Origin: Catajapyx aquilonaris
Lineage: Eukaryota
Reading direction: 5' to 3'
Length of the DNA: 48,990 nucleotides
NCBI GenBank assembly: GCA_000934665.2
Contig: KZ538767.1
Span: 1 to 48,990 of the forward strand
In this document: one piece after another, positions 25,188 through 38,494 of the stretch
Layout: each line of letters opens with the position of its first letter
Position numbering within the stretch: position 1 is the first letter of the stretch
Position numbers and translations under genes: made by a program
Notes under the pieces: model-generated
What the model saw: the letters and a program-made list of their open reading frames with translations, nothing else
Told to the model about the DNA's origin: nothing
Databases searched by the model: none

Positions 25188-25473
25188 CATGGTGAAGGGA
25201 AACTCGCGGACAATAGCCAGGTAGACTGATAGTACTCGCAAAACTAATACAAGTATAGGAATGTACAATTAGTTTTGGGCGCCGTTGCGTAGTTAATGCG
25301 TACTGCGCCTTTAAAGTGTCGAGGGCCAGATGGTAAAATAAGAGGTAAAAACACCCAAGTGCAAGGGTGTCGTACCCTGATTCCCCAAGGCTGGATTGTT
25401 CGGAGGCCCTATATTAGTTTTACGAGTATTATCAGTCTACCTGGCGATTGTCCGTGAGTTTCCCTTCACGTTG
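25188..25473. mobile_element. Tc1/mariner-type MITE between the two terminal exons
   Basis: GTGAAGGGAAACTCGCGGACAATAGCCAGGTAGACTGATAGTACTCGCAAAACTAATA and its reverse complement at ~25412-25469. Confidence 0.8.
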
Positions 25474-26796
25474 TGTTTAGAAATTATTTCATTTGATATA
25501 ATGGATCTCCCCAAATATAACATGTTCAGATGGACATCTGTCAATAAATTTTTAGAGAGCCTGTTTCAAGCATTCCAAATGGATAGCAATAAATTCCATA
25601 TCAATGAGCCAGTAAAAAAGAAGATAAATTGCATGAAGTAAAAAGACCAGCATATTCAAGCGATTCAGTGGAATGAGCAAGTTGAAGATCTTTTATTGAC
25701 CCCAAGTTAGAATGCTTGAATCAGGCTTTTTTTACAATGGATTGCATGAATGTTTACATGTGTGGACGATACCAGATCTGGGAGCACAGGAGAGAGGTGT
25801 GACTGATGGATATTTATGTATAACTTGTGCAATACCATTTGTGGTATGTATGTTGATGCCTATTGAAATTACTGCATTTTTGAAATAGATAGTAGTGTAA
25901 CAGAAGTCAGCTGCTGAGATCAGTATAAATAAACAAGGTATAAACCATGCAGCATGAGTCATTAGCACATGAAAGATGTCTACTGGCACAGATCTGAGCT
26001 CTGTTCCATCAGCACATTTCATTGATGCACTGATACACATTAACGATTTTTGCATGTCTAGTCTCATTATTGTCATAAATATACACTACATGTATTGTCA
26101 AAGACAATTTGTGGCATGGTCAGCTAATTTCCAATACAAATTAAGACTCTCTTTTAACATAAGTCACAGGGCTCAACATTTACACTCTAATCATTGGAAA
26201 ATGTTCTCACCAAAAACCATTATTGTATTTTTAAAAAATAATGTTCAAAAAACTAAAGTTGTACAAGTTCATTTTTAGACTGCAAGCATAAAGAGTTCCT
26301 CCGTCAATTAAAGGGAATGAACAGGAAAACTCTGGGAAGATAAATCACCTCTACCAATAAGAGTTAATGAACATCCTTGGTTTCAACCTAGTACAACGTG
26401 TGCAAGCATCATTACATAATTATAAAGATGGTGATGCACTGCCCATGAAGTATGGAGGCAACAGGCAAGGAATAAATTATGGATTGTTCACTCCAGAAAC
26501 AATATTCACCACAAATTAATGTGCCCCTGATTATGCTTCCAATGGTTTTCTTATTTCCAAACAGATTTCTGAGTTACACAATAATTCATATTTCCCTCCC
26601 TGAGCCTCTCTTGAACTGCTGACTTAGGCAGTGAACCACTCTGTATTTCAGCCAAATATGCTGCTGTTAATCACCACAAACGTCACCCAATGTACTACAC
26701 TACTACAGGATAAGATGGGTTATAAACACCAGCTAAATATGCAGCGCCAGAGAAGTAGGAAAAAAGCTTCCACCAGCGATGCACAACAAACCGATG

Positions 26797-26976
26797 TTAC
26801 ATACTGCCTGCACGCATCTTACTCCTCTGCCTGACTGTTCTGTGAACAAAGATAAAGTCATTGGCCAGATTCTTGGGGTGGACCACCTCAGCAGCAACAG
26901 TGTAGTTCTGACCACGCATGAAATCCTCCAAAGATTCCTTTCCTTCCTCCACATGGAAGAACTCCACTGACATCAC
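26797..26976 (-). CDS. Star-like/FkbM protein, proximal terminal coding exon 5a (not in ORF track)
   Basis: gagtag|GTG ATG TCA GTG GAG...; VMSVEFFHVEEGKESLEDFMRGQNYTVAAEVVHPKNLANDFIFVHRTVRQRSKMRAGSM*; 66-nt GT-AG intron from exon 4; homologous to exon 5b. Confidence 0.85.
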   Translation of the reverse strand: MMSVEFFHVEEGKESLEDFMRGQNYTVAAEVVHPKNLANDFIFVHRTVRQRSKMRAGSM

Positions 26977-27042
26977 CTACTCATTGCCTTTTAATGAACA
27001 AATTCTCAAGAGCAGTTATCCAAAATATAAGGGTTATCTCAC

Positions 27043-27258
27043 CTTGATAGTGATCTTGTCAAAGGGAATTGTTCTCAAGACATCCAGTTCGTTTCCCTCC
27101 ACATCCAGGCTGAAGTAATCAATCGTGGTACGATTCAGTGCACGCATCAGCGAGTACAGAGGGAAGCACTGGACAGGTGTATACTTGCTGCCTGCATACT
27201 CCTTGTCCACATTTTGGGAGGATATCTTTCCCAAATTGAATGCCTGTTCAAACATCAC
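27043..27258 (-). CDS. Star-like/FkbM protein, coding exon 4
   Basis: cag|VMFEQAFNLGKIS...VQCFPLYSLMRALNRTTIDYFSLDVEGNELDVLRTIPFDKITIK|gtgaga; IDYFSLDVEG is the FkbM-family motif. Confidence 0.93.
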
Positions 27259-27737
27259 CTGCCAGAAGAGAAGAAATTGACATAAGAAATTGCACCCTCT
27301 GTCACCACAACTTATAGTTATCTATTGTGCCAGCGTTATCATTATCTGGAGAAAAAAGTACACAACACTTTGACTGCTCTTTTAGAGTTCGTTTGTCATT
27401 TTAAAATGGTATCAAACAGCCATGTAAAGCATATGATTGTGGCATCAATCATTATCACGGTAAGCCTCTATGAGGAAAAGATGTTTTTTTTTTGCCCTAA
27501 CTCTGGAATGTCTTCACTTTCTAGTTTCTACAATGATACAAATATAGGACTTAAAATATCCAGGATTCCATTACATTATTAATTTCATTTTACATGAACA
27601 AAATATTACACCAAAATTCATATGTCCGAATTATCATCCAGCGCAGAAGCTTTAAATAATTTGTGACTAATTATTATGATTATCTCAATTCCACATTATT
27701 TTACTTCTCTTTTGTGTTTCATATCAGTACATAATAT

Positions 27738-28166
27738 TTTTTTTTTTTTATTTTTTATTTTTTTAAATTACACCCTTGAAGCCTTCAGGCTTATGTAGGG
27801 GGGAGGTTTTTCGACCATTTTCAATCTCTCCGGTGCTAGGATGGAGGGGGGGACAGTGGTGCAAGTGCAATGTCTCATGGCGGAGGCCGTGTGCAGTCCC
27901 CCAGAGGGCTTAGGTTGAAAGACGACCCTCTAGGTGCGGGTAAGAGACCTCCCACAAACACCGCACCTCCTCCAGTGTGGGACATGGATAGGAAAGGTAG
28001 GAAGCGGCTGTGGCCTACGATTAGGAAACAACTCCGGTATTCACCTGGGGGTGACCGTGGGAAACCACAGAAAACCACGGTCAGAGTTGCCGGCCTGGGG
28101 ATTTGATCCCTGGACCTCCCGATTTGCAGCCGGATACCAAATCCCCTCAGCTACTGCTGCTTCGGT
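27738..28166 (-). mobile_element. tRNA-derived SINE, family A (intronic)
   Basis: Homologous to 7772-8252; poly-A tail; 17-bp TSD ATATCAGTACATAATAT (27721-27737, 28167-28183). Confidence 0.92.
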
Positions 28167-30081
28167 ATATCAGTACATAATATAAACATCTTAACTCTCA
28201 TAGTAAACTCAAGGTGTTTTTTTAAAGTGGGCCTGAAAAGTGTGAATCAATTCGGGTAGTGAATTCAAACACAGCCCATGTGCACTATTGCTTCCCCATT
28301 TTCAAAGCTTCCCACAGTAACGAAACAGCGCATCATTGGGAAAAATCACAGTGATACACTGTGCCTTACCACAATTTAAATTTCTGAAAGCTGAAAAAGA
28401 GTCTGCATAATTATTTTCCGCACATGTCATGTCCCAAATTCTCATGTTACATTGCTCATATAATTACAATATATGGATATAATACTTGAAGTATTTGTCT
28501 GTATTTACCAATGAAATATCAGTTGCCATATGATAATTTGATAATGATAATATCAGTTGCCATAAGATAATTCTGTGATCCTCTACAAACTGCTACCTCA
28601 CATTTCACTAATTATATCGAGGTTGGGTAGGGGTGACACACATGCTACAGGGCCAGTTAACCCGGAACACGATAATATTTTTTAGCTATTACATGTATTG
28701 CTGGTGCTACTGGTCCGTTTCGTGCACTTCCTTGCTAACTGATTCTTGAGAATACCCTCATTACCATAATATGAATTTCTTTCATCTGCTCTATGACATG
28801 CACACATTCCGTCTTCATACTGTACATGCACATGCATATTATGAGCTGCTACTCTTTCTTCACCATGAATTATATGCAGAATTAGTCTGGAGTCAAGAAT
28901 GTACAGATGCAGTCACCAAACTTAAGATGTCCATTACCATTTGTGGCTCTTTCTCTATCAAAGAGATGGCACAAGAAAATCTCCATGTTTATGCAAAAAA
29001 AATGAGGAACATATTATGTTGGTCCTGTGACTGAAAAATAGGGATATTGCACATGTGAGGATAATTTTAGGCCTTACTCCTGCACTTGTACTTGGTAGGT
29101 GGTGGACCCAGGCGCTATCTTAATGCAAGAGAGTCAGCTGCAAAATTTTCACCAATATGAACATAAACTTAGTTATGTTACGTATTTCAAATGTACTTAT
29201 TAAGAATGACTGCTGTATCTTAATTAAAAGGCATACAGGTAAAAAATGCATATATACTTTTTACTGGGAGGAAAAAAACACAAGCATAACGCTTAATGGC
29301 CCATCTTCTGAAGGAGAGGAGAGTGGAAACTGCCTCACTTTATAATATTACATGTATACAATGTTTATACACTATCACAATGCCTAGCAAGCTATGTAAC
29401 TGGGCATTTTTCAATAACAAAAGGATTTAATAAAGACTCTACCTGATTACTAATTTACAGTTGATAACTGTGCACAGGTGATGCCAGTGGTACTGTATTA
29501 GATAAGCATTAATAATTCTTGATCAAATGTATCACCATTTTTATTGCTATGGTCTATATATTTACAATTGAAATGTCCCCAGTCGTTCAAGATGTTTTGG
29601 CACTAAATAGTTACATTTGGCGAGTTACTTTTAGTGGTTATGAAAAGAATTAGATGACAATATTAGGTTGATTAGATTCATCCTTTTAAAGCCTGCAAAG
29701 GAGTGTAGGTGTGTGGCCAGCAAATATACCATTAATGTTTGATGCCAATTATTCCAATGGGTCATTCACAACTGGAAATTTATTGCTTGGTTATTTAATT
29801 CAACTCGGCCTAATATTAGCAGCCAATACTTTTGACAACCACTGAAAGTAACTACCCCTAAGTAACTGCTGAAATATAAGCAGTTTAGTACCAAATAATC
29901 GCAACAGAAGGGACAAGTATTTTGCATCATCCATGCATATGAGTTCTCAAAGATCACGTGTAAATCATTCATAAAGTTTAGCAATCCAGTAGTTATACAA
30001 TCCTTGTTGTAGGCTACATGTATTAAATATGCGAGCAGCCGTAAAATGTAATGCGACTGCAAAATCTCCCTGACGGGCTAG

Positions 30082-30278
30082 CAGCGTTTCTCAACCTTTT
30101 TACCCTAGGAGAACCCTTGAAATCATATTCATGTCTCAGGGAGAACCCTTTCATAAAAATTATTATACAATCAATTATTATAACTCCAAAATACATATAA
30201 ATATTATAAGCCTGTTATCACTATTTCTCGCGGAACCCTTGGCAATATTGTTTGTGGAACCACAGTTGAGAAATGCTG
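30082..30278. mobile_element. hAT-type MITE (intronic)
   Basis: TIRs CAGCGTTTCTCAAC/GTTGAGAAATGCTG; GGCTAG on both flanks. Confidence 0.75.
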
Positions 30279-30533
30279 GGCTAGTGAATCACTTCAAGTA
30301 GTTCATATGTTCATTACTTAAAATAGCAAGCTAACTACTAAGAGATACCCTTCGTATAAATGATCGTGAAGTCTCTCAAACTGCTCAGGAAACCACACAT
30401 GGTTAAAACATTTCAATTTTTTTTCAAATGTTGTCATAATTAGGAATTATATATTTTAATGCCCCTTGTCAACCTTTCGCCTTTAGAATATAACCGGAAA
30501 TTTTTCTTTGCAAGATTTAGATAAGAGTCTAAC

Positions 30534-30728
30534 CTTTTGAGGGTACGGTTTTGTTGCAAGACACGCATTGGAGCTCCACACATGTCTCCGCTTCTTCAGG
30601 AGCAGATCAAAGTTTTTGGGGTCCCCTTCGACCAGCAGACCTTGCCATCCCAGAAGCTTCTCGAGAACCAAAGTGTTGGAGCGGGTCTCACCATCCAGGG
30701 CACCACACTCCACAAAAAAACCGTTGCG
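30534..30728 (-). CDS. Star-like/FkbM protein, coding exon 3
   Basis: tag|RNGFFVECGALDGETRSNTLVLEKLLGWQGLLVEGDPKNFDLLLKKRRHVWSSNACLATKPYPQK|gttaga; SAM-binding-like motif FFVECGALDGE..SNT. Confidence 0.94.
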
Positions 30729-31255
30729 CTACATGGTTGTAAGAAAAAAAATTTAATGTTGCAGTTGCACTGCCACATCATTCGCAGACACTCCACTTTG
30801 CAATATCAAGGTCTGAGATATGTATTCCTCTTGCTAGCCTTGGCAAAGCACACTAGAAAACAGCTGGAAGTAATTTTTTATAGAGTTGTAAGTAAAAATA
30901 TGCTGACTCATTATTTATCCAAATTTAACAATAGCCTACATCAACGTAAGCTGTGGCTCCAAGTGGCCTGTGAACTTTAAGGTTTTCCATATCACAGGGC
31001 TAGGGAATATTATGATTCTGCATTTTTTTCTAAATTGTACTCCTAACCTCAGATCTTACAAATGGCATTCAGAAATGCAGTGAATGTGGTCCAGTATAAT
31101 AACTTACGGACAATATATACCAAACTATTTTACAGTGATTTTTTTTATTTGAAAAGCGTATGTGGCATACATTATTTTCATTACTAACCACATTGTAAAG
31201 ACTCTAAGAGACAAATATGTATTCCTCCTGATGAGAAACACATAGATTCACATAC

Positions 31256-31443
31256 CATGTCCCCGAGAATCTCCCGGACTTGAGAGGCCTGTCCCATGGA
31301 TGTGTCCACAATCCCAGCCTGACTAAGGTTGTAGTCGTTCGTCGACGGTGGAAACAAGTGATGTTGTCTGATGTACTGAAGAACCCTGGCATCATCTTGT
31401 TCGGGAGGACCCTTCAGAATCTCTTCCATGCTGAACGTAACAT
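31256..31443 (-). CDS. Star-like/FkbM protein, coding exon 2
   Basis: tttcag|AT GTT...(D)VTFSMEEILKGPPEQDDARVLQYIRQHHLFPPSTNDYNL...SMGQASQVREILGDM|gtatgt; phase 1 in, phase 0 out. Confidence 0.9.
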
Positions 31444-34226
31444 CTGAAATCGGAAGGTCCCTATATTATAAGCAGCTCATCATTATCCGACTCAGGCCTA
31501 ATATAGACGAGTTTCAAAATGCTGTTGATTCAGTTCACTGAACCTTGGGGAGTTGCAGAAATGGTTCGACGACTCGATAAATGCTAGGCGGCTTTTATCC
31601 GGTACAGAAACATGCATCCAGGCTATTTCTGACCCATTGATCCGCTAAGCTTACGATATCCAGGTGCGGATCGAGAAAGGCCTTTCCTGATAGCCCGGAA
31701 CACTCACTCGTTCGAAAATGGTCACGTGTGCAGAAAAGCAATGAGCTTGGTTGGCCCATTCTGTCCCAGAAATATGAAAAACCAATGGTTTAGCAGCACA
31801 GTGCAGGAAAAATGTAGGCCTGCCCACATTATATCGTATAATTTGCTTTCTCAAAAACAAAAAAAAACTGTAATAGTACAGATAAAGAGCCTTTTTATTA
31901 CATATTCTGGTAGAGCTGACCTTCCTTTATGACCCCGCACAATCAAACCTAACACTTGTGCTTGTTCCTTTTATCCCTTACGAATGTCTGCAACTATCCG
32001 ATTCAATATATTCATGTATGTAGGTTGCTTGTTTCCACAGTAGGTCATGTTTACCCACATTCGGATAAATACACACGTAAGATAATTTTTCTCACTAGCT
32101 TCACTAAAACGCCTGCAAGCCGTTATTATTTCTTTTGGGTTCGTCAAAATACAATAGTTTACATATTAGCCAAAAAGGAATGAGAATATGAGCTGCACCT
32201 ACATGCGGCACTCCCAAAAATGTACTTCAATAAGGCCCTACAATATGGCTGTTGATGTTAACAAAAAATTGAAGCTTTCCATTCCTGGTGATTCACCACA
32301 GCAAAATGTACAGAGATTAGTTCAAAAGATCAAGCTAATTAGACCTTGTCCCCACAACAAGCGCTCCAGGCAACCGCATGTATACCCTGCGTATAAATCG
32401 AAAGCTGTGTCCCATTAGCAAGACAACAGAACGATAGACCTACTACATTGCCTGTTTGATTTGATAATCATGCTCCACCTCCCGCTTATACGGAACTGAA
32501 TGAGCTTTCTCCTAATTTACGACTTATGAGCCCCAACGACATCAATACCTAGATATCATTCAGAATCACATGGCGCGGAAACATATATAGAAGCTCCAGG
32601 TCAATCCCTTTCTGGGAAGTTGATTGCGCATATCCAATGCGTGACACAGGCTGAACTCTATTGAGTTTTTTTTTCTGAGAAAGTACAAAGAACGATCCTG
32701 ATTTCCGTATCACGTTCACCCTATGATTAAGCCTCCCAATAACTCCTGCGGAATTACTAGGAACAGCTTACGCATGAGCGCTACTGAAAAGGATGTACAG
32801 GGATATTGGATGCAGTTGCACAAAAGAGCCTGACGAGCTCGAGACGCGGTCACCATGACAGGCATGTTTCGGATTATTTTTTCATTTTACCTCCGAGTTT
32901 CACAGGTCATCGCAGCTGTCTCTCGAGTGCAACTTGTATATCAAACTTTACTTCGCGTAACTACAGTGCAGTACAATGCATAATTGTCACTAGATCTCCA
33001 AACTCGATGATGACAATGCTCGTGACAATGATGACGAGGCGATCATTGTATTTGTCGGGCAATAGCATATGTTTATTATACTTATTCCCGAAAACAGTAG
33101 GATAATTGCGCACCAAATATATACCGCATGTTTCATAATTTAGCTCACATCCGCATTCGTGAAAGCCTGGCGAACGCTTTTTTCCACTCGCTTCCGTCAA
33201 CTTCAAGTCTGCGAATTTACACCTGAATATTGCCTGAATACGTATACACCATCTGGTTTTCCAATAATATATACGCATTTGAAAAACGGACGCTGATGCG
33301 AGCGTCCGTGAAATTGTCACCGATACGGATCTGATCTCATTCTTAAGCACACGGCAATTTGTACTTTCTTGATGGCCTTGCGCAATCGACCAGAAGGGTA
33401 GGTGATTTGGAGGAAGGTGGGAAAATCAAGTCCTTCATTCGCGTGTAACACAACAATTCAGCCAGTTGCTACCAACTCCCACGAGTCATTCGGTATTTAT
33501 AGCCGACAAGATCATTCATCACGTATTTGCTTGTTACCGTTGTGTAACTAACAAGATATAACGATTCCTCTCCCGTAGCTCCAGTCACCTAAAAATGGCA
33601 ATCGAGATAGTCTAACATTTTAACTAAATTTCAAATGCCCCTTCTTGCAAAAATCATGATTTGAATTCCTCGACCATTTTACATTCCACACAATTGAGAC
33701 AAGTCAATACGTTGCCTCATAAGTCCTTGGCATCCTCAGGTCTCCCTTCAACCGGCTACCGGCTTATTTCATCTTCTAAATACAGCTAGCGTGACGTAAT
33801 TAGAGTGCACCCGACGGAATACAAGGCTCTCATGGTTACCCACAGCAAAAAGAAAGGGTCAAACCAGCATGTCAGCCTACAGATTCAGAAACCAGAACCA
33901 TTTACGGTCTGCAAAAGTGGTTTCGAAATGACCCCTTTCTCCCGATCATTAAAGAAATGAGCAATGGGCACCAAGGACATACGTTTGCACACGCACAGTA
34001 TGATGACATTACGAAGTCTGCATATATTATACGGAAAGAATATTGAATATTGTCGCTTATACTAGTATAGGAAAACAATATTTTATCACACACACTATCT
34101 ACACTTCCATATCACTCAATACACTCATCCTGTTTCCCCACGTAGATAATGGTGACACCTGTTCAGTCAACGCGGAACAGACATTTTTATACCAGACAAT
34201 ACAAATGGCAGTTACGTCGTATTTAC

Positions 34227-34413
34227 CGTGTGCATCCTTGGGTTGCTGTACCATTGTTAGCCCCCAATTGCGGGCGTCCTTGAATGCAGCGTTGACTTTG
34301 CTTGGTATGGGATGCAGAATCACGTCATTCCTGTACACGAACAGGAGAAGAACGAGGGCTCCGACCAGACACAGGGACATGCATAATACCGGAGACATTC
34401 GAAACATCATCAT
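34227..34413 (-). CDS. Star-like/FkbM protein, first coding exon with signal anchor (start uncertain; in-frame upstream ATG at 34467)
   Basis: MMMFRMSPVLCMSLCLVGALVLLLFVYRND...QQPKDAH-G|gtaaat; hydrophobic TM segment; phase-1 donor matches exon 2; joined CDS is 321 aa with 5a or 325 aa with 5b. Confidence 0.78.
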
Positions 34414-36030
34414 AGCAGAAGTCTTGAGGCGGGATGTCACCAGTGATTCATATTCAGTAGTCCCCATCAACCAGCAGTGGCAGGAACTAGGCCCATTCTT
34501 CTTGACACCACTGAGGGATACACATCGGAGCGGTAGTGTACACGATGTATACTGACCAGACACATCCGGTGATTTACAGTTTCCTCTCAGATAATGCGGG
34601 TATATTTGTAGACAACCGCAACCGGTAGTTGCCATATCTGGTCGAAACTTACGCATGGTCACGCCTGACATCAGGGACAGTGTGGCACCGCTGTGTCACC
34701 GGGAGCTATGAGTTGTTTTTTTTTTTTTTTAGAGCTAATGACATGCGAAACCTCATTCCCGGAACTGCCCTCTTGCTACACACCACATTGGAATGACACT
34801 CGCAACACTACTCTGAACTCGAGATCAATGCACCAAACCGGCTGTTGTAATCGAGAATGATCGACTAACCTTGAGCTCTGCAAAGTTCAACTATCAATTA
34901 GAATAGAATCGATGAGGTCACTTTCCGCATTGCTACAATGATCATATTTCATGCCGCCGGATCATCCCTGATCCTAATTGGCTCAGACGCAGATCAGCTG
35001 GGCCCGCAATTTGAAAGCAGCCTGTCAAATATGCCCGGATTGTGTCAATATGACTGGCATGGTTTTTTCATTACGCTAGGTACTCACGGGAGCTGCACTG
35101 AAACGATGTCAGCAGTGTGCAGCCCTGATATAGACTCAAGTGAGCGCAGACTCCTAGCTGTACTTTCTATTTCCCCGACCCCGACCCCCCCGACCCCTCG
35201 TTGCCTAGCCCTTTCCAGCAGCACACCGCACCCCTTCCCGCGCAGCTCAGGAATGCCAACATGGAATATTGGCATGCGAATATTTACATCCCCTTTCCCA
35301 CGGCCGGTACTCTTCCGTTACACCGCCTCTTCTAAGGCCATTATATGACTTATCTGACTGATCTCGGGTCATGGACCATGTTTTTAGAACGCGTTCTCAA
35401 TTTGAATATTGCACTCATAGCAGGAACGGCCAATTAACGTCGGTACATCTGACTGTACCCATCATCACATTTTTCCTATACGGGGTAGTCGGAGATGAAC
35501 TATTGGTTCCTAATATGTCCATTGGTGGGTCGTGACCTGATAAAATATTCCATTTTTATGCGGCCTTTGTCGCTGCAGGAACTTATTAGCGTAAGGCCCG
35601 ATAAGGCCATTCTGGGCAATGAGCAGTCTGGCGGCAGAGTTTTAAAGAGCAGTAAAATTGTTGAAATACAATAGTGCTCGGTATATAGTGATGTGTGACG
35701 AGATAAAATGTTCATTCAACGTGGTGTGTTGGGCAAAATGCTTTTGGCAGCCTTTTCCTCCACTTGTGAGATTGGACGAGCCTGTCATGTCAGTTTTCAA
35801 GTCCCAGTACAAAATATGCAAAATAATACTGTACTACAATGCTCTGGGGCATGCAAATTCTTCCAGTTTTCCATTTCGGAAATTCGTGTTTTTTGTTTGT
35901 TTTCGTGTGGAATATTTTCGATCCGGCGAGGCGACATGGGTTGAATCCGCGGATATGGAACCCGCGGATAAGGCTTGTGGTGGCTGAGACTTGCCAAGAT
36001 GTTTTTAAAAAGTACCGTCTATTGTATTTT

Positions 36031-36259
36031 AGTAGTATAAAAAGGGGCGTTAAGAGACAATGGGTCATCAATCACTCGTTGACAGCTCACTTCCGGTCTA
36101 ATCCATTGTTCTCGAACACCTGCTTCCGGTCTAATCCNTGTTCGAGAACAATGGATTAGACCGGAAGCAGGTGTTCGAGAACAATGGATTAGACCGGAAG
36201 TGAGCTGTCAACGAGTGATTGATGACCCATTGTCTCTTAACGCCCCTTTTTATACTACT
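36031..36259. repeat. Perfect palindrome with an internal 33-bp duplicated unit and a central N
   Basis: AGTAGTATAAAAAGGGGCGTTAAGAG...CTCTTAACGCCCCTTTTTATACTACT; N at 36138. Confidence 0.85.
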
Positions 36260-38494
36260 TATTTTATTTCAGTGAATGTTGTATGATAAGGAAATGTGCT
36301 GTATTATTGCATATACTGGTACTCGTTCTTTCGTACAGTACATCCTGTGAGTGGCATTCGTCCCTGCGGCATATTATTCACTTGACACGTGCGAAATGTG
36401 TCACGCACATGTTTTATGAAAGAACAAGTTCATGCAATTTTTAATACTATTTGGCCAACACGGCATATTTAATCCAGTCCCATATTGGTAACAAATCTTG
36501 TTGGCTATAGTCGAGAGAAAATCTTAAGACAGTCAATGCCCAGTGTCTTACGTGAATCCAGTCATATTTATTCCCGTGTTTATTCAGGAAGCCCCAACAC
36601 CCCGTGGTACCTATCTCCGACACTTTGAAATAAGTACATTTGACATCGGATTCGGACTCAGCGACATCGAAAACTCCGATGATCATATTTTCATACTGAT
36701 ACACCTATAGGATGTCGACATTTCAAAATTTGTCTGGACTTTTGAAATTCTGAATCACTGTGCATAAGCTCGAAAAGTTGTCGTAATGCGGGATAACTAC
36801 TGTGACAGCAATTACATATTGTGTGCAAATTTTATTGCGATTACCCCGAAGGTCAGTGACGACACCAGACTGGAAGGAAAGAAGGGTCGCGGTAGTTCCC
36901 CCCAGAGATGAATAAAAAAAGATGATGCAAGTTTCAACAAAAACAGTGAAATGCGCAAGGCAAAATTATTTTTAACGTTATTAGGAGTACAACTTAATAT
37001 CAGTATTTACTAGGCTGATAATAATCGGTTCTTAGGATAATTAAACAGGAGTTACATTTGGTGGTGACGTACTTGCAATGACAGTCCTATATGGAAACCA
37101 AATGACCCCACTATACGTATCAAGTGATCCTTTGGCTCGCACGAGGTCACCCCAAAAGTTTGTCTGTATCTTTCTGAAACACGCAAACACCCTGTATTCC
37201 CTCGGAAAGAATGGCCATGCAGAGGGTCACATACCTTCCAGGATATTTTACATCTTGTGTCTGAAGCATGGTCTGAAGCCTGCTTCCTCAGTAATGAGGC
37301 TGCAGAGATCAAACGACACCCCTTCATTAAGTGGGTTGTCTGGTTCTATTTAGAATGCACCTTTAAAGACTGTATGATATGCCGTATGCCATGTATTTTA
37401 ACTGTGCTGTTTGGGAATTCTAGTGGCATGCACCCCAAGCATCTGATTCAGGTAGAGACTGGGTAGAAACTCCAAAAGTTTGGTATAAGAGTTCTTGCAA
37501 GAGCACCAATAATAATAATCTTTACCTTCCTTGATTGATTAATCTCTTGGAATTCCCATGTTGGGGTCAGATTCACATGAGTGTGTCAAGATTTACTGTA
37601 TCAGCAACTTGCATAATGACGAAAGAGTCCTGATAGCAACCACTGCAACGTGCACCTAGCTGGCATCTTATTTGCAGCCATCGGTTAATATGGTCTCGTG
37701 GTCTCTTCTGGTATGGAAGGCATAAATATTTTTCTACTTTATGACTTTCTGTTATGGGAGCATCACGTACTGTACGTATTTTGCCTTAAAACTTGCATTA
37801 TAATGTAAAGATGCCAAGTGCATCTGAAAACATACGCAGCAAAATCACAATCTTTTTCAACTATCTTCTACCACCACCTCACAAAGGATCAGCAACACAA
37901 AGTCACACATACATGAGAACATGGCAGGGGTCCAAATATGAGGTGATTACAAGCAAAAATAAAATATGATATGTAGCTTTTTAAAAGCTATTTTGGGTTT
38001 CTTCAATCTTCTGTAATCAACTTGAGCTTGATACAGATAACAAAAATAACACTCTGATTTCAATGTAGGAGAAAGCTGCTCCCCCACACCGCTACACATT
38101 TTCCCTTGCATTTTCTTCAATAACCTCAGTGATAAAAGTGGAGGTAAAGCTTTTGCATTGAACCCATTCATATAGGATTTTAACAAGAATGTTTCATTTT
38201 CAGATTTTTTCTCTTTTTAAAAAAGTGTTGTAGAACAGCACTGTCCATCCGTGAACAAGTATCCGGGCCTAACCCACATAATATAGCAACAAACAGTTTT
38301 CGGACTCCAACACAGCATTACCAAAATAGGTTTCATGGTCAACTTTTGGTGACCAGCCACTTCCAGTAAATTGCCATTTTTCCCCATTCCTATTAGGATT
38401 TTGGTATAGAACATTAGGGAATTCATGACGTCCATCATATAGTGCTGGTTTTTAATTCTGGAGGGAAATTAATGAGAAAAAGTATACTCTAAAT

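Noticed and set aside
26733..26954. ORF-track 73-aa ORF (MWRKERNLW...)
   Set aside because: Wrong frame; the real coding frame is exon 5a at 26976-26797
34043..34555. 170-aa plus-strand ORF
   Set aside because: Antisense shadow of the Star-like first exon; no recognisable motif
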